From Promethearchaeota archaeon (GTDB taxonomy: Archaea; Asgardarchaeota; Lokiarchaeia; Sigyniarchaeales; SOKP01), in NCBI GenBank assembly GCA_030606095.1, contig JAUWHC010000002.1, positions 1 through 35,702 on the forward strand: a stretch of 35,702 nucleotides of DNA. The letters run 5' to 3'. A program made the position numbers and the translations under genes. Positions 24,255 to 33,523 of the stretch are shown one piece after another; within the stretch, counting starts at the first letter, position 1; each line of letters opens with the position of its first letter. The notes under the pieces are model-generated. The model did not search any database. It saw nothing but the letters and a program-made list of their open reading frames with translations, and had not been told where the DNA came from.

Positions 24255-26228
24255 TTATTCATAAAATAGTGCTAATTTATCTAATAAATCTTGTAGACTT
24301 TTTAAATCCGGAATATATAAAAATGTCCCTGTGATTTTTATATCAGAAACAATGACATTCGTTGTTATCACAAGCGAGAGTTTCTTAATTAATCCAATTT
24401 CATCTTGTAAAATTTTAAATAATTGTGTACCAGTATCTATACTCAAATCTGGTGGTTCTGTCATCATTTTCATGTCCAATAAATCCCCGATGGCACTAGC
24501 ATAATGACTTGCTAAAATGTGTCCAAGCTCGCTTATAGCGCTTTCAAAGAGATCACTAAAATCACTAACTGATTTAATATCCTTAGAGTTATAGTTATAA
24601 TCCCCATCAGTAATAATTGAACCTATTTTTATAATATCAGTTAACTTAAAAATAGAAACGATTGTTGCTTTTGCTTTTCCAATAATATTACTCCAAGATA
24701 CAAAAAGTTTTATGTTTCTCTTACTTATATTTTTGGCAAATTTATCTAACTCTACCATTTCTACTACGGGGATATCAATATCTACTCGTTTTTTAATCAT
24801 CCTAGCTAGAGCATTGGCAGCATTACCCGCTCCAATATTACCTACTTCTTGTAGTGCGTCTCTTTGAATATCAGTGAGTTTTACATTTTTTAATACCTCA
24901 TCTTCTAATTGTCTTGTTGTTTTCGTTGATATGCTTTTTATTTGATCAGAAATTAATTTATTGTCGATATTAAGCTTTTTAAATATGTTTTCTATTGTTA
25001 TTAAATCAGGAATAAAGAAAAACATCCCATTTAATTTTAAATCAACAACATTTATTGATGTTTTAATTGATATGAGAAATTTAATATTTGCTTTTTGTTC
25101 TTTTAAAAGAAAATCTCCTATTGACGCTGTTCTACTAAAAGCAAAATCGGGAACATCTATTAGCATTTTAGTTCCTAATAAATCTGCTATTGCAGACACA
25201 TAGTGCCCAGCCATAATATTCCCCATTTCTTTTATTGTAGAAATTGTCATTTCGTTTAGATCACTCTTGCTTTTAATATTACTTATAGGAGTTTTAAGTT
25301 TATTTTCCGATAAATCTTCGACTAATTTCAACAATGGAACCAAATCAAAAACTTGAAGGATTGTAGATGTCGAAGTATTTTCTATAGTAGAGAAAATTCC
25401 GCAGACTTTTTGATTACTATTTCCAAGATATGTACCTAAATTATCAAAAGATATTATTCCTACATCTGTAAGACTTACATCAATCTTTTTCTTGATTAAT
25501 CGAGATAAGGCAGTAATTGCATTTCCAGACCCAATATTTCCTATTTCTTTTAAGGTATCATGTTGATTTTCAGAAAGTGTTATTATATCTTTTGATTTAG
25601 AAACAGTTTTGATGCTTTTAGGTTTCTTTTTCCTTGAAGTCGATACTTTAATAGGAGCAACTTTTTGAACACGGGGTTTACTTTTTGTTTTTATTAAATT
25701 ATGACTTTTAATTTTTGGAAGAGGTTTAAATTCTACTTCATGTACGCTATTGGTTTTACTAATATCAGTTAAAAGCAATGGTGAAATTAATGATTCTAAA
25801 TCTAATAAAATATAAGCCATTTCATTCATTACTCCAATAGATTTAATTAATTTAGAATTTATATTTGTCTCGATAATCGATTTTTTTTTCGTAAAGATTG
25901 AATATGGAATTTCGCTAATACCAATAATAGAATCTACTAATAAAGCAATTTTTAAATTATCCCTTTCTAAAAGCAAGATTCGAGAATTTTCATTAAGATC
26001 GTCATTTATTTCGTTCGAATATATCATTTGTCTCAAAGAGATGATGGAATATATTTCACCCCTTATATCGATTAATCCTACAATGGATTTGTCAGATAAT
26101 GGAACTGGAACGATTTTATCACCAGGAATAAAGATTTCCTTAACATCCTTCACATCTAACAAATATTTTTCGTTTAATATTTTAATAATAACTGCATTAA
26201 AATTACTATTTTGTTCTGTTTCAATCAT
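24255..26228 (-). CDS. CheW-like domain fused to two complete CheC phosphatase domains
   Basis: aa ~10-150 are CheW-like (YLLDVKDVKEIFIP..IVPVPLSDKSIVGLIDIRGEIYSIISL...ALLVDSIIGISEI). A basic linker follows (aa ~160-215). Four CheC half-site helices: HDTLKEIGNIGSGNAITALS, STIKEMGNIMAGHYVSAIADLL, DALQEVGNIGAGNAANALA and SAISELGHILASHYASAIGDLL. Confidence 0.85.
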   Translation of the reverse strand: MIETEQNSNFNAVIIKILNEKYLLDVKDVKEIFIPGDKIVPVPLSDKSIVGLIDIRGEIYSIISLRQMIYSNEINDDLNENSRILLLERDNLKIALLVDSIIGISEIPYSIFTKKKSIIETNINSKLIKSIGVMNEMAYILLDLESLISPLLLTDISKTNSVHEVEFKPLPKIKSHNLIKTKSKPRVQKVAPIKVSTSRKKKPKSIKTVSKSKDIITLSENQHDTLKEIGNIGSGNAITALSRLIKKKIDVSLTDVGIISFDNLGTYLGNSNQKVCGIFSTIENTSTSTILQVFDLVPLLKLVEDLSENKLKTPISNIKSKSDLNEMTISTIKEMGNIMAGHYVSAIADLLGTKMLIDVPDFAFSRTASIGDFLLKEQKANIKFLISIKTSINVVDLKLNGMFFFIPDLITIENIFKKLNIDNKLISDQIKSISTKTTRQLEDEVLKNVKLTDIQRDALQEVGNIGAGNAANALARMIKKRVDIDIPVVEMVELDKFAKNISKRNIKLFVSWSNIIGKAKATIVSIFKLTDIIKIGSIITDGDYNYNSKDIKSVSDFSDLFESAISELGHILASHYASAIGDLLDMKMMTEPPDLSIDTGTQLFKILQDEIGLIKKLSLVITTNVIVSDIKITGTFLYIPDLKSLQDLLDKLALFYE

Positions 26229-26266
26229 TTTCTTTTTTCCTCATTTTTCTTTTTTTCTTCTATTAA

Positions 26267-27130
26267 TTAATTCATTTTAACCATAATTCCTTTCCATATA
26301 AGCTCAACCTGCGGTTCTTCTTGAATAATTTCAGAAAAATAACCAATTTGTTTAAAAATCGAGATTTGGCCCCCGTTTGTCTTATCGTAGATATAATCAA
26401 GCATATCTTCCGTACTGCTAAAATTAAATCCCGCGAGTTCAAATCGTTCATGATCATCATCGTCAATCTTGATTATCAATAAGTCCTCGCCATCGAATTG
26501 TTTACTTAAATCAATCCATTCTAACCAAATATCAGGAATAATAGATTTATTTCCAATAGCAAAAGCATCCGATATGGGAATATTTCTATAACTTTTACAA
26601 GCGGCAATGATGACTTTATTCGGAATAATTTTATTCCTTTTTGCAAATTCAATAAAATTGCTTATAATTTCCATGTAATTATCTAATTCTAATATCTGGA
26701 GGCATGTAATAAAAATCAAATCCTTAGCTTCTGTTTCAACGATGAAATCTATCATATTATTTTTTTCATTAATTCGATTTACATAAACAGAGTTACTTTT
26801 AAAACCTCTTACATATTTTAAATATTGATACAATCTCCATTTTAAGGCTTTTTTTGTATTAATCTCTTTACTTATAAGAATTTGGTAAAGACTTTTTAAT
26901 TGATTTGTAGTAAACCTAGAAAAATCTGCTAAATCTTTGTTATTGGTATCTATTTTAATATATCCATTGGCCAAAGTTGATTTTTCATTCTTCCCAAGAG
27001 CTTCATTATTGATATCTTTTAATATAGTTTGTAATTCTTTTTTTGTAAAAGCTGGTTTAAGCTGTTCTAAAAAATATTGTAAATTATTTTTGGATTTATC
27101 CAATAATGTCTCATAATATTGAAAATTCAT
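26267..27130 (-). CDS. Hypothetical protein (possible PD-(D/E)xK-like core)
   Basis: 287-aa ORF in the che cluster. The central segment RGFKSNSVYVNRINEKNNMIDFIVETEAKDLIFITC...KVIIAACKSYRNIP weakly resembles a restriction-endonuclease-like fold. No confident family. Confidence 0.45.
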   Translation of the reverse strand: MNFQYYETLLDKSKNNLQYFLEQLKPAFTKKELQTILKDINNEALGKNEKSTLANGYIKIDTNNKDLADFSRFTTNQLKSLYQILISKEINTKKALKWRLYQYLKYVRGFKSNSVYVNRINEKNNMIDFIVETEAKDLIFITCLQILELDNYMEIISNFIEFAKRNKIIPNKVIIAACKSYRNIPISDAFAIGNKSIIPDIWLEWIDLSKQFDGEDLLIIKIDDDDHERFELAGFNFSSTEDMLDYIYDKTNGGQISIFKQIGYFSEIIQEEPQVELIWKGIMVKMN

Positions 27131-27192
27131 AAGATCATCTTCTCTTTTTTATTTTTTTATTTTTATTTCTCATAATTATTTTAAATATACTA

Positions 27193-30100
27193 TTATCCAA
27201 AAACAAATGACTCCAGTTTGTCAAAGCTAATCTTCTCACCACTTATATTTTTAACATAATATCTAACTTCTTCTTCCTGGAAAGGCAAAATGTTATCAAT
27301 TTCAAATGTTATAAGATTTGAATCCACGCCATCTAACTCAGAAATTTGACTTTTAATATTTGATGATATGAATTTAAAAGATTGGGATATCGTATCCTTT
27401 ATTTTTACATTCTTGACTTCGATATTTGAATTATTGATTACCATAAGACTAATAGCAAATTCATCCAATTCCCTTCCCGGAAAGATTTCCTTACTAACTA
27501 ATAAATCTCGACGCTTATGCATTATTTTCAATTCTGGCAATTCGTTTTTATTTAGCTCATTTTCAATTATATACAACTTTCCTTGATCAAACTTTTCTTT
27601 TGGGTAATAAGACTTTACTATAAGTGGAAACACATAAGATTTTTTATGATCAGGAGCAATTGCATTGAAGAAATATCTAATCTCTAAATATTCATCAATA
27701 TCTATGATACAGTCAGAATTAGTTACATCTAAATTTACAGCGATCTCTAATATGTGCGGAACTGATGAGTCCTGATTATTAGGATATATGTTTATTTTTA
27801 AGTCCTCAAAATCTTTCCTTCCTGAGGATGTTCTTATACGAAAATCTGATTTCTCGATTGGTGGTATGAAATCAGCGGGGATTTCCTCTCTTATTAAAAG
27901 TCCTTTGACTGGAGTCGTGCCAATATTTTTTATGATAAGTAAATCCTCTAATTTTGTTTCTTCAAATGATTTTATCTCTGACTTAGATAATTTTTTAGAG
28001 ATTGATAAATTCACAATTTCAAAAATGTCTTCCTCAAAGTTAATATTAATTCGTGATATTTTTTCACTTTTTTCAATAACGGAATATTCTAGCTTTCTAT
28101 AAAATTTCGGTTCAAATTTATCATGTATTTGCCACTCTTTACTAATAAACCTATCCCCATGTTTAATAATTTTTTTTCCATTTTTATCATTAAATTTTAA
28201 ATCGATTAATTTATTTTTTTTATCTTTATCTAATATTAAAATTGATCTTAATTCCATGTCCATATCACTATTATTTTTAAAGATTAACGAACAATTCCAT
28301 AAGTTTGGTGCGTCTTCTTGTTCTTTTTTCTTTATAGCATGCAAAGCATGAGAATATGCTGTAAAGTTTTCAAACTCAATACCTGAAATCAAACAGTCTC
28401 TAAATTCAAATGATAATCGAATTTCACCTGTTCCGAAAATCTTTTTTTCTTTCGGTTTTATGTCAGTATGGATTATAATAGCTATTTCTTCATTAGGTTT
28501 GAGATCTTTTATAGAAAAAATTATTTGATTTTTATTTGTTTCAGTATTTGCTATAGCTTTGCTGTCAAATTTAAAGTTAGAAAAATCAGGAGGAAAATTT
28601 TTAATTAATTTTGTGTTTCTCATTACGAAGTTTGAACGATTTTTTAGCACGATTGTGAATTTTATTAAATTTAATTTATTAAATAAAATTAAAGAATTGG
28701 TATCCAATGTTGATTTAATGGGTTCATTATTTAGGTCATTGTCATCAGAGTCAAAACTCATTAACATCTCTTTTTTTCTTAAAGATTCTTCTTTTAGATC
28801 CTTGGATTTTCCATCTAATTGAGTATCACGCTCATTTTCCAAATCCTTTATTTTATCATCTAGCAGTTCCTTTTTTTTTACTAATTCATTAATTTCAGCA
28901 ATAATATCATTTAAGGATCTTTGTTCTGTTTCTAATCTAGCCTCAATATTTTTTATTTTTGGATTATATTCTTCGATAATTTCTTTTAATTTGATTATTT
29001 TCTTTTCTTTTTCACTAATTTTATTTCTTAACGATTTTATATTATTTTTTTTAATTTTAGTATTTTCGTTCACTTTTGTATTTAAAAGCGTATCTTTTGT
29101 TTTAGTGGTCGTACTAATCTGTTTTTTCAAATTCTTTAAATTTTCTTTAGATTTTTTATTTCTATCGGTAAGTTTCTTTATTTTTTGATTAATTACATCT
29201 AATTTAGATTGATTATCTTTTAATTCAATTTCCGTATCATTAATTTTGGGATGATATTTTTCCTTAACTTCTTTTTTTTTCGAATCTTCATTCAATATAT
29301 TTTTTAAAGCTTTTGATTCTTCTTTTATAAGGATATTGTGTGCTTTTTTTAAGTTTTTAACAATAGTAATTTGATTTTTCTTTTTAACAATCTGTTCTTC
29401 AAGTTCCTTACTACTTTGATTAAAATCTTCTTGCTCTACATCTAGTTTTAAAGTAAATTCTTCTATTTTTGGGTTTAAATCTTCACTAACTTCTTCTTTG
29501 ATAGTTTTTTCTTTCTTTAAATATTCATCTTCAACAACCAAAACTTCTTTTTCTGTTAGCTTAATTTGTTCACTAAGCTTTTTAATTTTAGATTCTAAAC
29601 CCAAGATTTCTTGAGAATTAAATTCGGTAATCTTTTTTTTATCTTTAAGCCCTTGAGCTTTAAGTATTGAATTGATTAATGTTTTAAAGTCATTTTCTAA
29701 ATTACTTCTAACTTTTTCTAATTCTGTCTTTTTTGCTCTTAGCTCATCTAGTTTTTTATTAATATCGTCCATATTTGCATAATCTGCTTTTAATTTTTCT
29801 TCACTTGTTTCTTTTTCAGGAGATAATTCATTTTCTTCTGTAATTATATCATCTTTAGATTCTACATCATCATCTTTTATTGGTTTGTATAATTCAGATT
29901 TGAGTTCATGAATAGATTTAGCATTTATATTCATCACTTCTATATTTTCATTAAGGTCGATAAGATCTAGTAAATCTTCTGAATTTGAAATAGTATAGCT
30001 TATGTTTTTTGAATTTTTAGGATCAAAATTACCAAAATTAATTAGCTCATCTTTATCAAGATTTATTTTTTCACAGTCTGAGAGTTTTAGATTAACATCC

Positions 30101-30369
30101 CAAACTCGATCTTTCTTAGAATTATTTAATATCGTAATATTGCCCATTCCAGTAAAACTTTCTAATATCTTCCTATTATTATATTTAAAATCTAAAGTTT
30201 CTTCGTTTCTTATAAGAATATTTGAATCGTATTCGATATTACTGAACTTCACTTCCTTATCTAATGTTGTTAAGGTTTCTTCTTTTTCAATGTGTTTCAA
30301 AGGTATTCCAATGAAAACAGGGGACATTATTGTCTCTAATTCTTTAATATCTATTTGTTTAAAACCCAT
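27193..30369 (-). CDS. Large cytoplasmic protein: beta-sandwich module, ~350-aa coiled coil, four further CARDB/DUF11-like beta-sandwich modules
   Basis: 1058 aa with no signal peptide or TM helix. aa ~185-535 are K/E/N-rich heptad-like sequence with three copies of E-x-[LY]-[NH]-P-K-I-x3-E-x2-L-x2-[EN]-Q (aa 296, 370, 466). The flanking modules carry the strand pattern x-[IV]-x-[LV]-x-N-x-[SG]-x3-[VM]-x-[ND]-[VT]-x-[LI] (ITILNNSKKDRVWDVNLKL; FTIVLKNRSNFVMRNTKLI; LLIIKNIGTTPVKGLLIRE; ISLMVINNSNIEVKNVKIKD). Confidence 0.6.
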   Translation of the reverse strand: MGFKQIDIKELETIMSPVFIGIPLKHIEKEETLTTLDKEVKFSNIEYDSNILIRNEETLDFKYNNRKILESFTGMGNITILNNSKKDRVWDVNLKLSDCEKINLDKDELINFGNFDPKNSKNISYTISNSEDLLDLIDLNENIEVMNINAKSIHELKSELYKPIKDDDVESKDDIITEENELSPEKETSEEKLKADYANMDDINKKLDELRAKKTELEKVRSNLENDFKTLINSILKAQGLKDKKKITEFNSQEILGLESKIKKLSEQIKLTEKEVLVVEDEYLKKEKTIKEEVSEDLNPKIEEFTLKLDVEQEDFNQSSKELEEQIVKKKNQITIVKNLKKAHNILIKEESKALKNILNEDSKKKEVKEKYHPKINDTEIELKDNQSKLDVINQKIKKLTDRNKKSKENLKNLKKQISTTTKTKDTLLNTKVNENTKIKKNNIKSLRNKISEKEKKIIKLKEIIEEYNPKIKNIEARLETEQRSLNDIIAEINELVKKKELLDDKIKDLENERDTQLDGKSKDLKEESLRKKEMLMSFDSDDNDLNNEPIKSTLDTNSLILFNKLNLIKFTIVLKNRSNFVMRNTKLIKNFPPDFSNFKFDSKAIANTETNKNQIIFSIKDLKPNEEIAIIIHTDIKPKEKKIFGTGEIRLSFEFRDCLISGIEFENFTAYSHALHAIKKKEQEDAPNLWNCSLIFKNNSDMDMELRSILILDKDKKNKLIDLKFNDKNGKKIIKHGDRFISKEWQIHDKFEPKFYRKLEYSVIEKSEKISRININFEEDIFEIVNLSISKKLSKSEIKSFEETKLEDLLIIKNIGTTPVKGLLIREEIPADFIPPIEKSDFRIRTSSGRKDFEDLKINIYPNNQDSSVPHILEIAVNLDVTNSDCIIDIDEYLEIRYFFNAIAPDHKKSYVFPLIVKSYYPKEKFDQGKLYIIENELNKNELPELKIMHKRRDLLVSKEIFPGRELDEFAISLMVINNSNIEVKNVKIKDTISQSFKFISSNIKSQISELDGVDSNLITFEIDNILPFQEEEVRYYVKNISGEKISFDKLESFVFG

Positions 30370-30416
30370 TTTACTTTTTCTCCTTTAATTTTTTTTATCT
30401 CCTAATTTATATGAAG

Positions 30417-32519
30417 TTATATTGTTGTTTCCAGGTCTATTTCTTGAAGCGTCGGTAGTTCGTCGTTTTTAGAAGAAATTATATTCAAAACATCAAGAAT
30501 TAAACAAATTGATCCATCTCCTGTAATTGAAGTACCTAAAATTTCTTGAAATCGTGAGAATCTTGTTCTAAAGGGCTTCATAACGATTTCCATTTGTTGA
30601 AGAATTTCGTCTACAACAAATAAAGCTGAATTCTCTTCATCTTTTTCGCATAAAATTGCAATTTTCGCAGATGAATTCGCCTTGGTTTGATCTTTATTTT
30701 TAATTAAAAACTCTAAGTATTTATTTAGCCATATTATGGGTATTAATTTTGAATTTAATCTATAATATTCCACTCCTTTAATATATTCTATTAAGCCCCG
30801 ATCAAAAAAATAAATTTGTTTAATATTTTCAATTGGAATTGCAAATAAATCACCACCAACTTTCATTAATTGTGCTTTTAGTATAGCCCTTGTGAATGGA
30901 ACTACAAGCGTAAATGTTGTACCTATATCTTTTTCTGAATAAATACTTAACGATCCACCTAACTCTTCTATTTTTTTTGCTACTATGGCCAATCCCATTC
31001 CCCTCCCAGAGATCAAATTCGCCCCTTCAAGAGTCGAAAAGCCTGATGAAAAAATTATTTCATTTAATTGTTCTGTAGTTAATGCCGAGGCTTCTTCTTG
31101 AGAATAGAGTTCTTTTTCTACAGCTTTTTGTCTAACCCTTTCATAATCAATACCACTCCCGTTATCTTCTATTTCAATGTATATTGAACCTGCACTTCTA
31201 AATGTTCTGAGGTTTATTACCCCAAATTGATTTTTATTTTTAGCTTTCCTCTCACTAGGTGTTTCAATTCCATGATAAATGGAATTTCGCAAAATATGCA
31301 TTAGGGGGCTATTTAATTCTTCAAGAACTTTTCGATCAATTTCCACATCCATTCCTTCTAATGTAAGTCTAACCATTTTTCCATTACTTTTAGCTACATC
31401 TCTTACAAGTCTTCGGTATTTCCTAAAAGTTGAATCGACTCGGACCAATTTTAATTTAAAAATAATTTCTTGAATCTCAAGAAAAAGTTTATCCATATTA
31501 TCAAAAAATAGATTAACACCCCTTTCTTGTCTATCTTCTAAAACTTGGTTTATCTGATTTTTTATTATTACAAGTTCTCCGAAATAATTCATTAATTGTT
31601 CTATAACATCAATATCTATTTTTACCGAATTTATTTTACTTGTACCATAAGCTAAATCAGCCCCTAATGATGGCAATTCTCCTTGATCTTCCTCTACAAA
31701 TAGTTGTTCATTAGTTTTATAATCTTCTGTTGAAGACTGTGCAAATTTTTCCTTTTGAGCTAATTTTAGATTAAATTCTAAATTAAATTTAATTAAATCT
31801 TCAGCACTTATTTTTGTTATAACTATATTTTCTATCTCTAAGATTTCATCTATAGCGTTCTGTATTTTATCAGAATTTAATTCAGATAAAAAATAAACAG
31901 TAAAACTATTTTTAAAGTCCCCCATTTCTAACTTATCTGGTTCAGGGATACTAGCGCAAATTCTACCAATTTCATTTAATGCTCTAAATATTATAAATAA
32001 TCTTACTTTTTTAAAAACACAAGTAGACTGAATCTGAATAAATATTTTATAGAATTTATTTTTCTGATTCTTTTTAGAATTTTCTAATTCTTCTTTAGAA
32101 ATGGGTTTAAAGAGCGTAATACCATATTCGGAATCGAGTGCTTCAAAAGAATAATTTAATCTTTCTAACTCTTGTTCATTTAAATCTTTAACTTCCCCTT
32201 TTTTTATTTTTTCGATTGTATTTCGGATTACATCAAGACTTTTGAATAAGGAATCTATAATTTTGCCTTTATTTTTTATCTGTTCTTTAAGATTTTTATT
32301 TTTTTCAAGAAAAGTCTCAAATTGATGGATAAATTTTGATAAATTTTCAAGACTTACCATAGCCGTCAAACCTTTCAAAGTATGATAAACATAGAAAAGT
32401 TCTTGAATTGGTTTGTTGTTTTTTGGATTTTCTTCTAATATTAATAAATTATCTTCAATTTTTTGAATTAGATCTTCTGCTTCGCTATAAAATAGCTTCA
32501 TATCCTTATCTGAAATCAC
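30417..32519 (-). CDS. cheA: Chemotaxis histidine kinase CheA (P1 Hpt, P3, P4 HATPase, P5 CheW-like)
   Basis: 700 aa with a GTG start. Hpt His46 in YVYHTLKGLTAM (nt 32382-32384). N-box HILRNSIYHGIE, G1 DNGSGID, G2 SGRGMGLAIV. C-terminal CheW-like domain (GGDLFAIPIENIKQI...FVVDEILQQMEIVMKP). Confidence 0.95.
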   Translation of the reverse strand: MISDKDMKLFYSEAEDLIQKIEDNLLILEENPKNNKPIQELFYVYHTLKGLTAMVSLENLSKFIHQFETFLEKNKNLKEQIKNKGKIIDSLFKSLDVIRNTIEKIKKGEVKDLNEQELERLNYSFEALDSEYGITLFKPISKEELENSKKNQKNKFYKIFIQIQSTCVFKKVRLFIIFRALNEIGRICASIPEPDKLEMGDFKNSFTVYFLSELNSDKIQNAIDEILEIENIVITKISAEDLIKFNLEFNLKLAQKEKFAQSSTEDYKTNEQLFVEEDQGELPSLGADLAYGTSKINSVKIDIDVIEQLMNYFGELVIIKNQINQVLEDRQERGVNLFFDNMDKLFLEIQEIIFKLKLVRVDSTFRKYRRLVRDVAKSNGKMVRLTLEGMDVEIDRKVLEELNSPLMHILRNSIYHGIETPSERKAKNKNQFGVINLRTFRSAGSIYIEIEDNGSGIDYERVRQKAVEKELYSQEEASALTTEQLNEIIFSSGFSTLEGANLISGRGMGLAIVAKKIEELGGSLSIYSEKDIGTTFTLVVPFTRAILKAQLMKVGGDLFAIPIENIKQIYFFDRGLIEYIKGVEYYRLNSKLIPIIWLNKYLEFLIKNKDQTKANSSAKIAILCEKDEENSALFVVDEILQQMEIVMKPFRTRFSRFQEILGTSITGDGSICLILDVLNIISSKNDELPTLQEIDLETTI

Positions 32520-32543
32520 ACTTAACTCATTCTCCTCTATTTT

Positions 32544-32927
32544 TTATTTTTTTTTTAAAAGAATTCTTTGCAAAACATCAATAACTTGTTCATTTTTAAA
32601 TGGTTTTTGAATAAAATCTTTAGCCCCTTTTTTTGCAGCTTCAAGAACTAATGCTTCTTGGCCTAAAGCTGAAACAACCACAATTAACGCAGATCTATCA
32701 AATCTTATTATTTCTTCAATAGTCTCAATACCCCCCTTTTCTGGCATAACAAGATCCATAGTTACTAAATCTGGTTTTAATTGTTTATATAAAGCAATAG
32801 CTTCATTTCCATTTGCAGCTTCTCCAATTACTTCAGTAAAATCTGTTTTGTCTATAATCTTCTTTAACATATTCCTCGTAAAGCGGGCATCGTCCGTTAT
32901 CAGAATTCTTTTTTTACTGTTACTCAT
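32544..32927 (-). CDS. cheY: Chemotaxis response regulator CheY
   Basis: 127-aa single REC domain with ILITDDA, the phospho-acceptor in LVTMDLVMPEKGG, VVVSALG and FIQKPF. Lies immediately upstream of cheA. Confidence 0.9.
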   Translation of the reverse strand: MSNSKKRILITDDARFTRNMLKKIIDKTDFTEVIGEAANGNEAIALYKQLKPDLVTMDLVMPEKGGIETIEEIIRFDRSALIVVVSALGQEALVLEAAKKGAKDFIQKPFKNEQVIDVLQRILLKKK

Positions 32928-32967
32928 CTAATCACTCTCTTTTTAAATATTATTATTTTCTTTATTT

Positions 32968-33501
32968 TTACATAATAGATAAAAGTTCTTTTTTTATTGT
33001 TGAATGTTCAGCTTCATTAAGAACTTTACTAAGATCAATTAAAATTCTTGGTTTATCTTTTAATTTTATAATTCCTTTAACATATTCAATTCCAACGCTA
33101 GTTTGGAAAATTGGGCTTAATTCAACTAGGCTTTTTCTATTGATATTAATTACATTAATAATTCGGTCAACAAGAAAGCCAATAAATGTATCAATAATGT
33201 TTAATATTATGATAAAATTTGTTGTTGAGCCTAAACTGTCCTGATCTGCTTCATCATTTGATGAGATTTTCTTAGATTTATGCAAAAAAGTATTATTTAG
33301 GTTTAATTTCTTTTTTAAATTAACAATATGAATGATCTCTCCTCTATAGTTATAGATACCTTCAACAAAATCAAAACTTTTTGGTAATCTCCTTATTTGA
33401 TTCGCTTGAACAATTTCTTTAACTTCAAGAAGGTTGATTGCAAATTGTTCCTTATTTACTTCAAATATAATAATTGATATTTGTTCTGTTATTTCTTCCA
33501 T
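32968..33501 (-). CDS. cheW: Chemotaxis coupling protein CheW
   Basis: 177 aa. FAINLLEVKEIVQ...IRRLPKSFDFVEGIYNYRGEIIHIVNLKKKL...IGFLVDRIINVINI. Carries an acidic/Ser-rich insertion of about 15-20 aa (SSNDEADQDSLGSTT). Confidence 0.85.
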   Translation of the reverse strand: MEEITEQISIIIFEVNKEQFAINLLEVKEIVQANQIRRLPKSFDFVEGIYNYRGEIIHIVNLKKKLNLNNTFLHKSKKISSNDEADQDSLGSTTNFIIILNIIDTFIGFLVDRIINVININRKSLVELSPIFQTSVGIEYVKGIIKLKDKPRILIDLSKVLNEAEHSTIKKELLSIM

Positions 33502-33523
33502 TCTTTTTCTACCTCATTTTTTA

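Noticed and set aside
28765-29817. Apparent nucleotide-level low-complexity repeat (long T-rich runs on the plus strand)
   Set aside because: It is explained by the K/E/N-rich coiled-coil coding sequence of the 1058-aa protein on the minus strand. It is not an independent tandem repeat or regulatory element.
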